Source of the DNA: Thiohalomonadales bacterium
Lineage (GTDB): Bacteria > Pseudomonadota > Gammaproteobacteria > RBG-16-57-12
Direction: 5' to 3'
DNA length: 64,000 nucleotides
Assembly (NCBI GenBank): GCA_050295955.1
Contig: JBNKQQ010000024.1
Location: forward strand, 13,225-77,224
The notes beneath the pieces are model-generated. The model had not been told where the DNA came from. It made no database searches and worked only from the letters and a program-made list of their open reading frames with translations. Positions within the stretch are counted from its first letter, which is position 1. Every line of letters starts with the position of its first letter. Positions 61,751 through 64,000 of this stretch are shown here, one piece after another. The position numbers were made by a program, and so were the translations under genes.

Positions 61751-63076
61751 ATGGCTCAGCACTACACATCCTGGGGGCGCTACCCAGCTATTGAGCAAGA
61801 GGGCATTCCCCTTGACTGGCGTCATCAGCCTTTACCCCTTGAGCAGGCTGACAACAAACTACTGCTCCCCTACGGCAATGGCCGCAGCTACGGCGACAGC
61901 TGCCTCAACAAAGATAATCTAGTACTGGCGACTCGCGAGCTTCGCCATCTGATCCAGTTTGGTCGCGAGTACGGCATTCTGCGCTGTGAAGCGGGTATCA
62001 CCTTGGGAGAAATACTGGAAGTTATCGTTCCTGCCGGGTGGTTCTTACCTGTCACGCCAGGCACTCAATTTGTCACCCTTGGTGGTGCCATCGCCAATGA
62101 TGTGCATGGTAAAAATCACCATCACGCAGGCACCTTTGGTCACCACCTACGCTGTTTTGAGTTGCTACGCTCCAGCGGAGAGCGCCTGCTTTGTTCACCA
62201 CAAAAGAACCGTGAACTATTTAACGCCACCATCGCGGGACTAGGGCTAACGGGTCTAATTACCTGGGCTGAGATTCAACTCAAGCCCATCAACAATCCCT
62301 ATATTCATTGCGAAACCCTGCGTTTTTCCAATCTTAATGAGTTTATCCAGCTGTGTAATGACTCTGATCAGGGATATGAATACACCGTTGCTTGGTTGGA
62401 CTGTCTGGCAAAAGGCGATAGCCTGGGACGAGGAGTGTTTATGCGTGGCAACCATGCTGGGAGTGAATATAACCAACTACCTATCAAGTCTCCCAAGAAA
62501 CGCCCCAGCATCCCATTCGATGCCCCAGGGTTTGCCATGAGTCCATGGGTTATCAAAGCCTTTAACCACCTCTATTACAATAAGCAGAAGAGTGAGCGTA
62601 TTGAATCCATCGACCATTATGCACCCTTCTTCTATCCGCTAGATGCTATCGGCAACTGGAATAGGCTCTATGGAAAACGAGGCTTTTTACAATATCAATG
62701 CGTGGTGCCAGATGATAACGGCAAGCTCACCACCATCAGAGCCATTCTTGAGCTAATTGTCCAAGCAGGCCAGGGCTCCTTCCTGGCGGTACTCAAACGC
62801 TTTGGAGATAAGCCCTCCCCTGGCCTACTCTCCTTCCCCCGCCCAGGCCTGACCCTCGCATTGGACTTTCCAAATCGGGGAGAGAAACTGTTACATCTGT
62901 TTAACCAATTGGATCATCTAGTTGTAGAGAGTGGTGGAGCCATCTACCCCGCCAAAGATGCCGCTATGCATAGCCCTGCATTCAAACAGTTCTACCCCCA
63001 ATGGCAGGCATTTAGTGAGTATATTGATCCGCGCTTCTCATCATCCTTATGGCGCAGAGTGACAGGAAAAAAATAG
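61751..63076 (+). CDS. FAD-dependent polyprenyl-phosphoribose 2'-oxidase (DprE1-like)
   Basis: GNGRSYGD, PVTPGTQFVTLGGAIANDVHGKNHH, WNRLYG, QYQCV, LSFPRPG, YPAKD. Confidence 0.9.
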   Translation: MAQHYTSWGRYPAIEQEGIPLDWRHQPLPLEQADNKLLLPYGNGRSYGDSCLNKDNLVLATRELRHLIQFGREYGILRCEAGITLGEILEVIVPAGWFLPVTPGTQFVTLGGAIANDVHGKNHHHAGTFGHHLRCFELLRSSGERLLCSPQKNRELFNATIAGLGLTGLITWAEIQLKPINNPYIHCETLRFSNLNEFIQLCNDSDQGYEYTVAWLDCLAKGDSLGRGVFMRGNHAGSEYNQLPIKSPKKRPSIPFDAPGFAMSPWVIKAFNHLYYNKQKSERIESIDHYAPFFYPLDAIGNWNRLYGKRGFLQYQCVVPDDNGKLTTIRAILELIVQAGQGSFLAVLKRFGDKPSPGLLSFPRPGLTLALDFPNRGEKLLHLFNQLDHLVVESGGAIYPAKDAAMHSPAFKQFYPQWQAFSEYIDPRFSSSLWRRVTGKK

Positions 63077-63078
63077 CA

Positions 63079-63816
63079 ATGAATATTCTAATTATCGGTG
63101 CCACCTCAGCCATCGCCCAAGCTACGGCCAAACGCTACACTCAGCCCGGCAACCATCTGTTACTGGTGGGCAGAAACCCGGATAAGCTCGCCATTATTGC
63201 CGAAGATCTTCGCGCTCGCGGGGCCGATGAGGTCTCTTACGAAACCGCTGATCTGCGTGAAGTGGCTCAACATCCGGCACTTTTCAATCGCATATCCGAG
63301 CAACTGAAACAGATCGACATCACCCTAATCGCCCATGGTAGCCTGCCCAACCAACAAGCCTGCGAGCAGGATTATCAGGTCGCCTTTGATGAACTACAAA
63401 CCAACTGTCTAAGTGTAATCTCTCTACTTACCCTGCTGGCCAACCAACTGGAAAAACAAGGCCATGGCAAGGTCGCCGTCATTACCTCGGTTGCAGGGAA
63501 TCGAGGCCGCCAGAGCAACTACCTCTACGGCACCGCCAAAGGGGCGGTGAGTATTTTCCTGCAAGGATTACGCAACCGATTTGGCCAACGTCCAGATATT
63601 CATTTCTGCGACATCAAGCCCGGCTTTGTTGATACCCCTATGACCTCTGAATTTGATAAGGGAGCACTATGGGCACAACCTGAAACAATTGCACAGGGAA
63701 TTGTAATGGCATTGGAGAAAGGAAAAGGGATTGCCTACCTTCCCTGGTTCTGGCGGTTTATTATGCTTATTATCTGCTCCATTCCTGAGCGAATATTTAA
63801 TAAGCTGAAGCTGTAA
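63079..63816 (+). CDS. SDR reductase (DprE2-like)
   Basis: GATSAIA, SVAGNRGRQSNYLYGTAK (YxxxK), PGFVDTPMT; start moved to ATG 63079. Confidence 0.88.
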   Translation: MNILIIGATSAIAQATAKRYTQPGNHLLLVGRNPDKLAIIAEDLRARGADEVSYETADLREVAQHPALFNRISEQLKQIDITLIAHGSLPNQQACEQDYQVAFDELQTNCLSVISLLTLLANQLEKQGHGKVAVITSVAGNRGRQSNYLYGTAKGAVSIFLQGLRNRFGQRPDIHFCDIKPGFVDTPMTSEFDKGALWAQPETIAQGIVMALEKGKGIAYLPWFWRFIMLIICSIPERIFNKLKL

Positions 63817-63838
63817 TAGACACCAAGGATCAACAAAC

Positions 63839-64000
63839 CTAAGATTTTCTATATTTATATATTTTTCGTATTATGTTTTTATGGATTATTCTTAAACCAA
63901 ATGGTCTAAGAGAAACTAGGAAATAATATAAATAACGTCGACTTGCCTTAAGCTCAGGCAAGGAGAATAACTTCTTTGCCGCACAGGCATATTCAAGAAG
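63839..64000 (-). CDS. 3' end of a gene running off the window (possibly a glycosyltransferase)
   Basis: Open frame LLEYACAAKK...IIRKIYKYRKS ending at TAG 63839-63841; AT-rich with a basic C-terminus; function is a guess from context. Confidence 0.35.
   Translation of the reverse strand, partial: LLEYACAAKKLFSLPELKASRRYLYYFLVSLRPFGLRIIHKNIIRKIYKYRKS

Overview
Chromosomal window from a gammaproteobacterium (inferred from the gene set: nth, rlmKL, slyX, srkA, ychJ, yqjG, yadGH, hemF, waaA, hldE, lpxL). From left to right: nth-DUF1841/gloA; a minus-strand chemosensory cluster (MCP-cheY-STAS-cheA-MCP-cheW-cheR-cheD-cheB plus a second cheD-cheB pair) preceded by a PAS kinase/NarL-type regulator pair and a PAS-GGDEF-EAL protein; housekeeping genes; a signalling cluster built around an MglA-like small GTPase with no MglB partner, a receiver-fused PilB/GspE ATPase, an HD-GYP regulator and two kinases; an ABC-2 transporter; hemF; an AT-richer island with a 2087-aa SpvB/FG-GAP/RHS protein ending in a lipase-like tip; and an LPS cluster followed by a polyprenyl-phospho-arabinose (UbiA/DprE1/DprE2-like) operon. 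The strongest unannotated signal is non-coding. The ~750-bp gap before hemF holds two paralogous ~145-nt structured RNA genes on the minus strand. Each has its own sigma54 promoter, IHF site, paired upstream palindromes, C-rich loops, conserved anti-Shine-Dalgarno linker and terminator. A near-consensus sigma32 promoter after slyX points at a ~50-nt terminated transcript. No rRNA, tRNA, CRISPR array, transposase or integrase was seen. All calls come from reading motifs by eye; no database searches were run.
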